Source: Candidatus Anstonellales archaeon (GTDB lineage: Archaea > Micrarchaeota > Micrarchaeia > Anstonellales > SKW190). From it: 25,771 nt of DNA. The stretch spans positions 1 through 25,771 of the forward strand of contig JAVZJF010000001.1 of the NCBI GenBank assembly GCA_038870935.1. Reading direction: 5' to 3'. Each line of letters starts with the position of its first letter. Position 1 is the first letter of the stretch. The translations under genes were made by a program, and so were the position numbers. The notes beneath the pieces are model-generated. The model was not told the DNA's origin. It saw only the letters and a program-made list of their open reading frames with translations, and made no database searches. Shown here one piece after another: positions 8,320 through 18,017 of this stretch.

Positions 8320-10110
8320 ATGTGTGGAATTATTGGTGTTTTTGGTGAAAATGCACTTCAAAATGTCATTAATGGGTTAATTGCCTTAGAGTATAGAGGT
8401 TATGATTCTGCAGGAATTGCAGTAAAAAAAGACAATAAAATAAAAGTTTATAAGGCAACTGGAGAAGTCAAAAATGTTGTTTCATTAGTTTATAAAGAAC
8501 TTCAAAGTTTAAAAGATTCTAAAATAGCAATAGGTCATACCCGATGGGCAACACACGGAAGACCATGTAATGAAAATGCGCATCCTCATACAGATGAAGA
8601 CTCAACTATAGCAATTATTCACAATGGAATAATTGAAAACTTTGATATCTTGAAAAAAGAATTGTTGAAAAAAGGTTATAACTTTTCTTCAGAAACTGAT
8701 ACTGAAGTAATTGTTCATTTAATTGCCGATAAATACAAGAAGCATAAAAATTTTCAAGTAGCCTTTCAACAAGCGTTGTTGGAATTGAGAGGTACTTATG
8801 CAATTCTTTGTATCAATTCATTTGAAAATAGAATTTATTTTGCTAAATTGGTCAATCCTTTAGTTATAGGATTAGGAGATGATAAGAATTATTATTGCTC
8901 CTCAGACATGGCATCAATGGCAACTCTTAAACTTACTAATAAATTCATTATACTTTCTGATAACGAATATGGCTATGTTGATGAGAAAGAAGGTATTAAA
9001 ATATTCAGTATTTCAGGGAATAATTTGATAAGTAAAGAATCAGTAAAGATAGATTTTGTCTATGGTCAAGCAGATAAGAAGAACTATGAGCATTTCATGC
9101 TAAAAGAGATTAAAGAAATTCCTGAGATTATTTTAAACGCTTATCATGTAGATGTTAATAAAGCAGTTGAGGCGATTAAAAATGCTGACAATATTTATTT
9201 CACTGCTTGTGGAACTAGTTATCACGCTGCCTTAGTAGCAAAATACCTTTTTAACAAAGTTTTTAGAAAAGATGTTCATGTCTATAATTCTTCTGAATAC
9301 ATCTATTTGAATCCCGGTAATTCCAATGATGTTTTGTTTGCGATAAGTCAGTCAGGAGAAACTTTAGACACATTAACAGCTGTTAAAAATGCCAAAAGAA
9401 AAGGAGTAAAGATAATTGCTCTGACAAACCATTATGGTTCTTCAATATTTCAAGAAGCTGATATTAACTTGATGATGAACTCTGGTCCAGAGATAGCAGT
9501 TGTTGCTACAAAAACGTATATAGCACAATTGATTATATTATATAAATTAGTCTTTTCAATAGTTGATAATCAAGCAGAAATAGAAAGATTAAAGGACTTT
9601 AGACAGTTATTAGACTCTTTTGTTAATTCAAATGAAGTTATGGGAAAATTAAATAGCATAGCTAATTCTCTAAAAAATGAAAAAGATTTCTATTTTATTG
9701 GAAGAGGCTTTTCTTATCCAACTGCTTTAGAAGCAGCTCTAAAGCTTAAAGAGATTTCTTATAAACATGCAGAAGCTTTTCCAGCAGGAGAACTTAAACA
9801 CGGGCCATTGTCATTAATTACGAACGATTCTGTGGTAATAGCTTTTGCACCAACAGATTCTCTTATTAAAAAAATACATTCAAATATATTAGAATGTAAA
9901 AGCAGAGGTGCAAAAATATTCTCAATAACTGATAATAAAGATATAATTGAAAATTCAGATTATTCTATTGAAATGGAAATTGTACCTGAGCTATTTACCC
10001 CCATTTATTACATAGTACCAATGCAATATTTTGCATACAAAATGTCAGTCTTGAATAATCTTAATCCGGATAAACCAAGAAATTTAGCCAAATCAGTTAC
10101 GGTAGAATAA
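8320..10110 (+). CDS. glmS: Glutamine--fructose-6-phosphate aminotransferase (isomerizing)
   Basis: N-terminal MCGIIG (Ntn Cys), LEYRGYDSAG, GHTRWATHG, SQSGET, LKLKE, GELKHGP, C-terminal PRNLAKSVTVE. Confidence 0.99.
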   Translation: MCGIIGVFGENALQNVINGLIALEYRGYDSAGIAVKKDNKIKVYKATGEVKNVVSLVYKELQSLKDSKIAIGHTRWATHGRPCNENAHPHTDEDSTIAIIHNGIIENFDILKKELLKKGYNFSSETDTEVIVHLIADKYKKHKNFQVAFQQALLELRGTYAILCINSFENRIYFAKLVNPLVIGLGDDKNYYCSSDMASMATLKLTNKFIILSDNEYGYVDEKEGIKIFSISGNNLISKESVKIDFVYGQADKKNYEHFMLKEIKEIPEIILNAYHVDVNKAVEAIKNADNIYFTACGTSYHAALVAKYLFNKVFRKDVHVYNSSEYIYLNPGNSNDVLFAISQSGETLDTLTAVKNAKRKGVKIIALTNHYGSSIFQEADINLMMNSGPEIAVVATKTYIAQLIILYKLVFSIVDNQAEIERLKDFRQLLDSFVNSNEVMGKLNSIANSLKNEKDFYFIGRGFSYPTALEAALKLKEISYKHAEAFPAGELKHGPLSLITNDSVVIAFAPTDSLIKKIHSNILECKSRGAKIFSITDNKDIIENSDYSIEMEIVPELFTPIYYIVPMQYFAYKMSVLNNLNPDKPRNLAKSVTVE

Positions 10111-10161
10111 ACAACTTAGAATAAAAAATCTTTTTTACCCCTTTATTAAAGCGTAATAAAT

Positions 10162-10236
10162 CGGGCCCGGTGGGATTCGAACCCACGACTTTCTGATTAA
10201 AAGTCAGACACTCTGGCCAAGCTGAGTTACGGGCCC
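10162..10236 (-). tRNA. tRNA-Lys(UUU)
   Basis: Cloverleaf on the minus strand: acceptor GGGCCCG/CGGGCCC, anticodon arm TCTGA-CTTTTAA-TCAGA, T arm GTGGG-TTCGAAT-CCCAC, discriminator G. CCA not encoded, no intron. Confidence 0.97.
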
Positions 10237-10343
10237 TTATTCTTTTTTAAAGGCTAATTAATTCTTGGAATTACGAGATGATATAGAGCTATAATAGAAT
10301 TAGTATAAAAACTTTTTGCTTTTGGCAAATCATATTAGTAGGT

Positions 10344-11300
10344 TTATTCATATTCTATTGTTGCAGGAGGCTTATTTGTAATATCATAAAAAACTCTTCC
10401 AATTTCTGGAACCTCATTTGTTATTCTTAAACTTATTCTTTCTAAAATTTTGTGATCAATTTTAGTGTAGTTAGCAGTCATTCCATCTAGAGAATCAATT
10501 ATTCTTATGACAACTGTTTCATTATATGCTCTTTCATCTCCTTTTACTCCAACTGTTTTCACTGGTAAATGAGCACAAAAGTATTGCCAAGGTAATTCTT
10601 TTAAAATTCCATTCCTATGTGCATTTTCAATTTCTTTTTCCACGATATCTGTTACCTTTCTTAATAACTCTGCTCTTTTTTTTGTTACTTCACCAATTAT
10701 TCTAACAGCCAATCCAGGGCCTGGAAAAGGTTGTCTATTAATTATTCTTTCATCTAAGCCAAGAAATTTTCCTAATTCTCTGACCTCGTGTTTGTATAAA
10801 TCTCTTAACGGCTCCACTAATTTCAAAGAGAGTTTTTCAGGTAATCCTCCGACATTATGGTGGCTTTTAATAGTTGCTCTATTTTCTCCGATCCCGCTCT
10901 CTATCCAATCAGGTGCAATAGTTCCTTGGACTAAATATTCTGCATTAAATTCTTTTGCTTGTTCCTCTAAGATGTCAATAAATAGTTTTCCTATGATTTT
11001 CCTTTTCTTTTCAGGGTCTGTAATACCTTTTAGTCCTTTGAAAAATCTTTCTTCTTCGTTTATAATGTCTATCCTAATATCAAAAGTTCTTCTTATATAC
11101 TCTATGTTTTCTAAATCTGAAATTCTCATTAATCCTGTATCAACAAAAAAACATCTGAAATTCTCTTTCTGGACAATTTTGCTAATTAAAAGTGCTGCAA
11201 CAGTTGAGTCTATACCTCCACTCAAGGCAGCAATGACTTTTTTATCCTTTAAATAACTTAGCTCTTGAATAGTTTTTTGATAGAATTTTTGTACATTCAT
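10344..11300 (-). CDS. guaAB: GMP synthase, ATP pyrophosphatase subunit B (archaeal split type)
   Basis: SGGIDS PP-loop, LVQGTIAPDWIES, IKSHHNVGGLP, RQPFPGPGLAVRI, DITNKPPATIEYE. No GATase domain. ATG at 11300 avoids overlap with the upstream gene. Confidence 0.95.
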   Translation of the reverse strand: MNVQKFYQKTIQELSYLKDKKVIAALSGGIDSTVAALLISKIVQKENFRCFFVDTGLMRISDLENIEYIRRTFDIRIDIINEEERFFKGLKGITDPEKKRKIIGKLFIDILEEQAKEFNAEYLVQGTIAPDWIESGIGENRATIKSHHNVGGLPEKLSLKLVEPLRDLYKHEVRELGKFLGLDERIINRQPFPGPGLAVRIIGEVTKKRAELLRKVTDIVEKEIENAHRNGILKELPWQYFCAHLPVKTVGVKGDERAYNETVVIRIIDSLDGMTANYTKIDHKILERISLRITNEVPEIGRVFYDITNKPPATIEYE

Positions 11301-11317
11301 AGAGATACCTTTTAAAT

Positions 11318-12145
11318 TTAAAGAAGACAAGCCTTTTTATCGGTTACATTGGTTTTTATTACTCTCGGATGGCCTATAGGTTTATTAGAAAATAATGTAA
11401 AACCAAACATGGCCATTCCACAATCATAATTTGTTGAGATGTATTTGAAGAAAAAAGAATTCAGTTCTGCAAGCCCTGTTTCCAAGGCCATGTATCTACT
11501 TGCTTTTATAAGGGAATCAATTGTTTTTTCAGCCATGAACATTTTCATTGCCTTTCTGCCATACATATTGACTTTACTTTTCCACATGTCTGTTGAAATT
11601 ATCTGCTTAGTACTTATAGGTGCTATTGGTAAAATGTAAATGTTATCATTAACTGATTTTCTTATTATGTCTCTAAATTTGTGTTTTGGCCTTATTACCA
11701 AACCACCCATAGATAGTCCAATAACAGTACTTAAACCTGTTTTTGCTTCTATCTCTGCATTATGTGCTATTTTTATTACATCCTTTTCAGGTAAATTCAT
11801 GTTTAAAGCATAATTTAGAGCATAAGATAATGATATGGCAGCAGCACCGCTAATCCCTAACCCATAACCCATTGGCAAATTACAATAATGATTTATAGAA
11901 ACTTCAAAAGGTTTTCCGTATTCCTGGGCATATTTTTTAACTACTCTTAAGCTTGTGGCAGGACTTTCTAAAGGCAAATTGTTGTAAAAAAACTTTGCGA
12001 TTACCTTTCCTTGCGTTTGTTTTACACTAACTTTTGTTGTCATGCCTTCTTCAATACAAAAACCTGCGCCAACAGAACTGTCTCTGTATAATACAGTTAT
12101 GCCTGAAATATGACAAGGCGAATACGCTACTGCTACTTCTGTCAT
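11318..12145 (-). CDS. GHMP kinase, pantoate kinase-like (divergent active site)
   Basis: PCHISG (cf. PGHITG), GAGF, LPMGYGLGISGA (GHMP P-loop), AHNAEIEAKTGLSTV (cf. AH-x-AE...TGLGDV), GGLVIR. Confidence 0.8.
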   Translation of the reverse strand: MTEVAVAYSPCHISGITVLYRDSSVGAGFCIEEGMTTKVSVKQTQGKVIAKFFYNNLPLESPATSLRVVKKYAQEYGKPFEVSINHYCNLPMGYGLGISGAAAISLSYALNYALNMNLPEKDVIKIAHNAEIEAKTGLSTVIGLSMGGLVIRPKHKFRDIIRKSVNDNIYILPIAPISTKQIISTDMWKSKVNMYGRKAMKMFMAEKTIDSLIKASRYMALETGLAELNSFFFKYISTNYDCGMAMFGFTLFSNKPIGHPRVIKTNVTDKKACLL

Positions 12146-12289
12146 ATAAGTATTAATATTGTAATCTTTTGTTTATAATTCCATAATCTAAAATTGGACG
12201 ATTGACAGAATTTAAACAACAATTGCAGAATTGATTGGAAAATTCGTTTACAAATACCTTTATATAGGATTGTTATAATACTTATTTTC

Positions 12290-12526
12290 ATGAGCGATAT
12301 CGAATTTGATGATTATACTTCTTCTGCCAACATGGAAATACGACTAATTACTTTAGAACTGATGAAACTTGCATTCAAAAAGAAGAAATCATTTAAACAA
12401 ATTACAAAGGAATATTTAAAAAACGCAGAATATTTGAAGGAGGCATTGACTAATAGAAATACAAATCTTCTTATCGTTAGGCCTAGACACAAAAAACAAC
12501 CCAAAGATGAAGAGTCTAAAGGTTAA
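12290..12526 (+). CDS. Small helical hypothetical protein
   Basis: 78-aa ORF with ATG start, preceded by an AT-rich promoter-like region (TTTATATA) and co-oriented with the next gene. Confidence 0.65.
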   Translation: MSDIEFDDYTSSANMEIRLITLELMKLAFKKKKSFKQITKEYLKNAEYLKEALTNRNTNLLIVRPRHKKQPKDEESKG

Positions 12527-12590
12527 TATCCAAGATTTTTTACATTATCATACAAATCAATTATTAATATTAAATTAAAATATCATACTT

Positions 12591-14258
12591 ATGAGTATTA
12601 AATCAGCTAAAGCTGTTTTATACTTCTCTAAACTATTTTTTAATCCTAACAATAAATTCACGGCATTATTTATTATCTTTTCAACTCTTACATTGATAGC
12701 TTTCAATCAATTTTTAACCTTTCCAATAATCTATTTGGCATATTTGTTTGGTAAAAACAGGGCTAATAAGGCACTATTCATTATTGCTAGTTATTCATTT
12801 ATTGCTTTGCTCTCATTATTCATTTTCAATTACTTGATTAGATTCGAACAAGCAAACTTCTTTGATTTTTATACTTCAATGTCAGAGCATAACTTAAACC
12901 TATTAATATTGCTAATAGGCATATTTGCCATTCCTTCCTATTTCATAATCAGAGTAGGGATGAATGAAAATTATTTGATTTCTCTGCTATTAATAACTAT
13001 AAGTACTGTGCAACTCACTTCTTATAACCTTTTACTGGAATTGATTTTTTTAGGTAGTTTAATCGCATTTGAATTAATTATACAATTCCTCAACTGGATA
13101 TCGATTTCTAAACTAAAGCTTAATCTTTTAGATACATTTTCTGGATTGCTTGACTTCTGGTACGATGATGATGATAGTATTTTACAAGAAGTAATGTCAA
13201 AAATAGGTATAGAAAGAAGAGTATCTGTTTCTAAAATCATTGTCAATTATGATAGTCATAATCTTAATCTAATAGTGCCACAAATCCATTTTGGTCCAAT
13301 TTCAAGCATTGGAAGTGGTGATTTTCCAAAACTTTTACAAGAAAAGGAGAATAATGAAAACAAATTTATTGTGTTTCATACAGCAGTAACTCACGATAGT
13401 GATTTGGTTGATAGGGAAGAGGTATTAAAAATTATTGACCAAATAACAAAGAATCAAAATTATGAATCAAAGAAATTTTTGAAATTTAGGATGATCAAAA
13501 CCAATGTTGATAATTCTACTTGCTACGTACTTGATTTTGAATTTTTTACGTTAATATTTTTTTCTAATTACCCTAAGTTAACAGAAGATATAACAGAATC
13601 TTTTGGGCAAAAACTCTATGAAAAAGCTAAGACATGTTTTTCTAACCCTTTAATAATAGATTGCCATGATTCAGATACTCATGAATTATGGTATGTTGAT
13701 GAAAAATCTATTGCAGGAAAAAATTATTTATTAGCACTTGAAAAAGCTATTAACGAAATAAAAGACCTAAAATACGAAGAGTGCAATCTTAAGTTTGTAA
13801 AACTTTATAGTGATGACGTTGAAGAGTTGGGTAGTAACGGAATAGCTGCCATAGAGTTTTCTACAAAAAACCAAAAAGTACTATTATTAATATATGATTC
13901 CAATTCAATTGAAATAGAATTGAGAAAAAAATTAGAAATCATGTTAAGCAAATACTATGAAAATTTCATTATTTGTAGCACTGATACTCATGAAATTAAT
14001 GTAAGAAGAGGAATAACTAATCCATTAGCAGATGCACAGAGAGTATTAGATTTAACCAATGAAGTTATTAATAGACTTCTTAAAATAAAAAGCACAAAAG
14101 CATCCACGAGCTTCGCGATTTCTCAATTTAATGTTAAGGTTTTGGGCAATTCTCTTCAATACTCACAATTTTTTGCAATTGCAATAAGCACAATTGCTCT
14201 TATCATTCTTTTGTGTGTCTCTTATTTCGCAGTTAAGTCTATTTTCAAAATCATCTAA
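12591..14258 (+). CDS. DUF2070 family membrane protein
   Basis: Multi-TM N-terminal third, then the pattern IHFGP, FHTAVTHD, IDCHDS, YDSN, STDTHEIN, and a C-terminal TM. This matches the DUF2070 layout. Confidence 0.8.
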   Translation: MSIKSAKAVLYFSKLFFNPNNKFTALFIIFSTLTLIAFNQFLTFPIIYLAYLFGKNRANKALFIIASYSFIALLSLFIFNYLIRFEQANFFDFYTSMSEHNLNLLILLIGIFAIPSYFIIRVGMNENYLISLLLITISTVQLTSYNLLLELIFLGSLIAFELIIQFLNWISISKLKLNLLDTFSGLLDFWYDDDDSILQEVMSKIGIERRVSVSKIIVNYDSHNLNLIVPQIHFGPISSIGSGDFPKLLQEKENNENKFIVFHTAVTHDSDLVDREEVLKIIDQITKNQNYESKKFLKFRMIKTNVDNSTCYVLDFEFFTLIFFSNYPKLTEDITESFGQKLYEKAKTCFSNPLIIDCHDSDTHELWYVDEKSIAGKNYLLALEKAINEIKDLKYEECNLKFVKLYSDDVEELGSNGIAAIEFSTKNQKVLLLIYDSNSIEIELRKKLEIMLSKYYENFIICSTDTHEINVRRGITNPLADAQRVLDLTNEVINRLLKIKSTKASTSFAISQFNVKVLGNSLQYSQFFAIAISTIALIILLCVSYFAVKSIFKII

Positions 14259-14326
14259 GCACTAAGTAATGTTTTAAAACATTTATTGCTTATCTTAACT
14301 TAACTGCTTTGTCAAAAGGTGCTGAA

Positions 14327-14401
14327 GGGCCCGTAGCTCAGTCTGGACAGAGCGGCTGCCTTCTAAGCAGAAGGTCGTGGGTTCGAATCCCACCGGGCCC
14401 G
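14327..14401 (+). tRNA. tRNA-Arg(UCU)
   Basis: Acceptor GGGCCCG/CGGGCCC, anticodon loop CTTCTAA, A20 arginine identity base in the D-loop, T loop TTCGAAT. G27-A43 mismatch. CCA not encoded. Confidence 0.97.
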
Positions 14402-14602
14402 CTTCATAACTTTATGGCATGGAAAGCAAAGAACTTTTACTTTTTTAGTATCTATTGTTTATTTTTATGGAAAATTACTTCATAAAAATGCTGAAATTCG
14501 TTCATTGTAGAAATAAATTCAGCAAAATTTCTATTCGTAAATCGATTAATAGGTTTCTAACATATCTGAAAAACAATAAATTATAACACCTGCAAAGTAA
14601 AA

Positions 14603-14660
14603 TTTATAAAGCTTATTCTTTTTGTAATATCTACAATTCCAAATTATCTATGAGGTGATA
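14603..14660 (+). promoter_or_regulatory. TATA box and Shine-Dalgarno of the S-layer gene
   Basis: TTTATAAA at 14603-14610 preceded by a purine-rich BRE-like stretch. GAGGTGA lies 4 nt before the GTG start at 14663. Confidence 0.55.
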
Positions 14661-14662
14661 TC

Positions 14663-17431
14663 GTGAAAGGAATTTCTGTAAAGAAATTGGCTGCGTTAGG
14701 TATCAGCTCTGTAATGGCTTTGTCTTTGGGCTTTGCAGGTGCTGTATCTTATGAAGGTACGCAGCTAGTAAACGACAATGGTGTACCTCAAGTAACTGTT
14801 GTCGTGGGTGAGAAGGCACAAGCAATTGATGGGGTTGCTGCTGCAAAGGTTGCTGCTTACTTGGCAAGCAAAGCAAACAAGGCTACAACATTAAGTGCTG
14901 TAGTAAAGGGCCAAGCAACATGCAGCGTTACTGGAGGTTCAGGAACAGGTGCTGGTACATGTCCTGTAACAGACAAATCTGTTGTTCTTGAAGTTCAATT
15001 ACCAGGTGAAGCTGGTGGAACATACAGATTTACAACATTGATTGATGACTATGCTGACAGACAAACTGAAAACAGAGTAAGATCAAATGCAGGTACTGAC
15101 AGATGGGATTCGTCTTCATCTGAATTGGGCTCAAACAACAAATATGATTTCCCATTCTATGATAATTATGCGAATCCAAATTCTTTCTTAAGCATAGGGA
15201 ATGTGAACACATACAAAGAAGCAATGGTTAGAGTATCAGGAAGTGATTTAACAGCTTTGAAAACAAATTCTGTTGTTGATGAAAAGTCTGCTAAGAGATG
15301 GGAACAAAGACAATATGTTTGGTTTGCAGGCTATAACAAATTCGATGATTTGGATGACAATAACAACATCAAATTAAGGCCTGAATTGTTTGCTTACTCA
15401 ACAAAGTTCTTTGGTGTAAGTGGAGTAAGTGCAGATGCAGGTATTCCTGTATGTACAGATGACCAAGCAGACCAAGGCTATTTAGCTGGCTGTTCAACAT
15501 CAGATAACTATTATATAGGTAACCACAGGGTAAGGATTAAATTCATGGGAGAAGACTGGGTAATTACAGCACTGTCTCCTCCAAACGGTAATTTAACTGC
15601 TGATGGTGATTTCGTATTTGGAGGTTCAGTTACATTGGCTAAAGAATCCAAATACGGAATTCTCAATGTTGGTGGTGCGCCATTAGAAGCAGAGGACATC
15701 AAAGTAAGATTAGGAGATATTTCATTGGCAACAGGTTCAGATAATGTGCACTATGCAATTTTGGACATATTGGACTCTTCTGATCAAGTTATTCAACAAA
15801 CTCAAGTTAAGCCTGGTCAATCAACAGAAGTATTAACACCAAGCGGATCAAAAGTTAAGATAAGAGTTTATCAGACTGCTCCTGGTTTCACATTGACACA
15901 GAAATGGGCTGAAATTGCTGTAGTAAAGGACGAAAAGACTTTGAGAGATGGCCAACAAGTTGATTCAACTGACAATAAGAACTACTATGTTAAACTCAAA
16001 TGGGTTAATGACTTAAAGCCTTCAAGCGTTTCTGCAGGTACGGATGGTGCTAAGCCAGATTCGTTAAGGGAAATAACTGTTTACAGAGAAACATTTGATG
16101 CTGACACATATTCTCCTGGCTCTGAAATCCCTATGATGGTTAAGCCTGCACAATTCAAGTTGAAATACGTAGGTGTTGATTTGGACAAATCAAAGGACTA
16201 TGCTGACTTGACATTCAAGTTAGAAACAAGAACATTGTCTGGAGTTGGTGTAGTTAGTTCTTCAAGAAACGATAATTCTGCAGTTCAATCAGTATGTAAT
16301 ACAACAGTAACGTATTCTTCAGTTCCTGTATTGACGATTAGGTCAAGTGAAAAGACTTTGAAACCTACTGGCACATTTAGCTTACCTAATGAATATGATA
16401 CATTCTATGTTGTGTTGAACGCATCATCGGCAAATGATAGATACGATGTAATTTATCCATTACAGAACCAACTCACATGTACAAGCGGTTCTACTGCATC
16501 ATTTGGTGCATATGACTACGATGGTTCAAGCACTTCTCCAGTTACTTATGAGTGGGAATATAAGACAGTAGGTACTCAAGGATCTGCAACAGACGGTGGA
16601 AGAGTTCTTTTGACCTTGCCTAATTGGTCAACAACAAACAAAGGAAATTTGACTGTTGTTGAAGATACTGGTAAATGGGATACAGACTCATATGAAGGTG
16701 CAAACTGGACTGCTTACTTTACAGTTACAGATGGTTCAACAAAGTTCTACCAAACATCTGGTAATGATGTATTAGACAACAATATGTACTACTCTTACAC
16801 AAGAAAGATCAACGGTAATACAGGTTATACCACTGGAGGTTCGAAGCTCTTAAAGGTTAACCAATTATCTCACAGAGGTTCTTATTTGTCTTACTCTTCT
16901 GAGAGCGATATCAGATTAAAGATGGCGAAGAGCGTAGCAAGACTCAAGTTCGAAATAGCTGCTGCTGGTACTGCTGCACAAGTTGCTAACGAAGAGACCC
17001 TCAGAGAGGGTGACGAGAGAGAGTGGGCAGGTGTCAAAGTCAAGGTAAAGAAGATCAACTGCGAAGTAGGTGGTTGTACAGTAACTGGTGCAGGTGCTCC
17101 TACATGTTCAGTTGACTCTTCAAACGTGAGAGCAGCAATAGTAGACTCTGATGGTAACGAATTAGGTTCAGCTGTTCAGTCAGTTGTTCCTGCAAGTGTT
17201 CCTTCAAACATGGTTGTGTTAGACACACAATCACCAAGTGGCTTAGTGGTATCAATTGGAGGTCCTGACGTAAACACAGTCACAAAGAATGCCCTTGCAG
17301 GCTCTGTTGACTTCAACCAACAGAGAGTGGTTGTAAAGAAAGTCGGCAATGTCATAGTCGTAGCAGGTCTAACCGGCCAAGACACTATGACAGCAACAGA
17401 GCAGTTCTTAGCAAGCTTACAGAGCAGCTAA
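14663..17431 (+). CDS. S-layer protein
   Basis: Signal peptide MKGISVKKLAAL. N-terminal VVVGEKA..D..AA..VAAYL and C-terminal SIGGPDVN...VIVVAG.TGQDT motifs of the Methanococcales/Thermococcales-type S-layer family. Ser/Thr/Gly-rich, with codon bias typical of a highly expressed gene. Confidence 0.88.
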   Translation: MKGISVKKLAALGISSVMALSLGFAGAVSYEGTQLVNDNGVPQVTVVVGEKAQAIDGVAAAKVAAYLASKANKATTLSAVVKGQATCSVTGGSGTGAGTCPVTDKSVVLEVQLPGEAGGTYRFTTLIDDYADRQTENRVRSNAGTDRWDSSSSELGSNNKYDFPFYDNYANPNSFLSIGNVNTYKEAMVRVSGSDLTALKTNSVVDEKSAKRWEQRQYVWFAGYNKFDDLDDNNNIKLRPELFAYSTKFFGVSGVSADAGIPVCTDDQADQGYLAGCSTSDNYYIGNHRVRIKFMGEDWVITALSPPNGNLTADGDFVFGGSVTLAKESKYGILNVGGAPLEAEDIKVRLGDISLATGSDNVHYAILDILDSSDQVIQQTQVKPGQSTEVLTPSGSKVKIRVYQTAPGFTLTQKWAEIAVVKDEKTLRDGQQVDSTDNKNYYVKLKWVNDLKPSSVSAGTDGAKPDSLREITVYRETFDADTYSPGSEIPMMVKPAQFKLKYVGVDLDKSKDYADLTFKLETRTLSGVGVVSSSRNDNSAVQSVCNTTVTYSSVPVLTIRSSEKTLKPTGTFSLPNEYDTFYVVLNASSANDRYDVIYPLQNQLTCTSGSTASFGAYDYDGSSTSPVTYEWEYKTVGTQGSATDGGRVLLTLPNWSTTNKGNLTVVEDTGKWDTDSYEGANWTAYFTVTDGSTKFYQTSGNDVLDNNMYYSYTRKINGNTGYTTGGSKLLKVNQLSHRGSYLSYSSESDIRLKMAKSVARLKFEIAAAGTAAQVANEETLREGDEREWAGVKVKVKKINCEVGGCTVTGAGAPTCSVDSSNVRAAIVDSDGNELGSAVQSVVPASVPSNMVVLDTQSPSGLVVSIGGPDVNTVTKNALAGSVDFNQQRVVVKKVGNVIVVAGLTGQDTMTATEQFLASLQSS

Positions 17432-17484
17432 GTTTAACTGCCTCTGAGAGGCCTTGCAAAAGTGGCAAAAGACTTCATGTAAGA

Positions 17485-17527
17485 AAAGAGGGCTTTTTTA
17501 AGCTCTCTTTTTTTCCTTTTTTATTTT
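17485..17527 (+). terminator. Hairpin plus U-tract terminator of the S-layer gene
   Basis: AAAGAGGGCT (17485-17494) pairs with AGCTCTCTTT (17501-17510) with one G-U pair, followed by a long T-rich run. Confidence 0.7.
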
Positions 17528-17666
17528 TGGATTTTAGTCTTCTTTTTTGTTAAAATCTATCGTTAAAAGCTCATTTTTAGTTTATCTATATTCTTATCTT
17601 TATTTCTTTCTCCATGGATATTTGAAATTTGAGCTATCTTGGGAATATCTTGAAGTGGTGATTCAT

Positions 17667-18017
17667 ATGGAAATTAGAATAATAGATGAAGGAATAGGTC
17701 TATCTGCTCTCTTAAGTGATGATAAATATATTTTGATAGAAAGGCCTTTCAAGGACTCAAGGTTATACGAAGGAATAGTTTTTAAACTTAAAAATGATTA
17801 TGTTGAAGTTTATTTTTTAATTGCTTATGGAGAATTAAGGATTTTTAAGAAGTTTTTAGAGAGAAAGTCTATGAGGTCATATCGTTTACTCAACAATAAA
17901 CTGATTAGTATGTTAGAAAAATCTGAATTTAAGCTCTTAAGGAAATACTGCATAAATTTATTGATTAAGTATGAAAGATTATTATTTAATAAACTTTATG
18001 AAGAAAGATATAATTGA
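17667..18017 (+). CDS. Hypothetical protein (116 aa)
   Basis: GGTGA SD, 5-nt spacer and ATG at 17667 (MEIRIIDEG...). The 40-codon upstream extension in the ORF track lies in T-rich post-terminator sequence. Confidence 0.6.
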   Translation: MEIRIIDEGIGLSALLSDDKYILIERPFKDSRLYEGIVFKLKNDYVEVYFLIAYGELRIFKKFLERKSMRSYRLLNNKLISMLEKSEFKLLRKYCINLLIKYERLLFNKLYEERYN

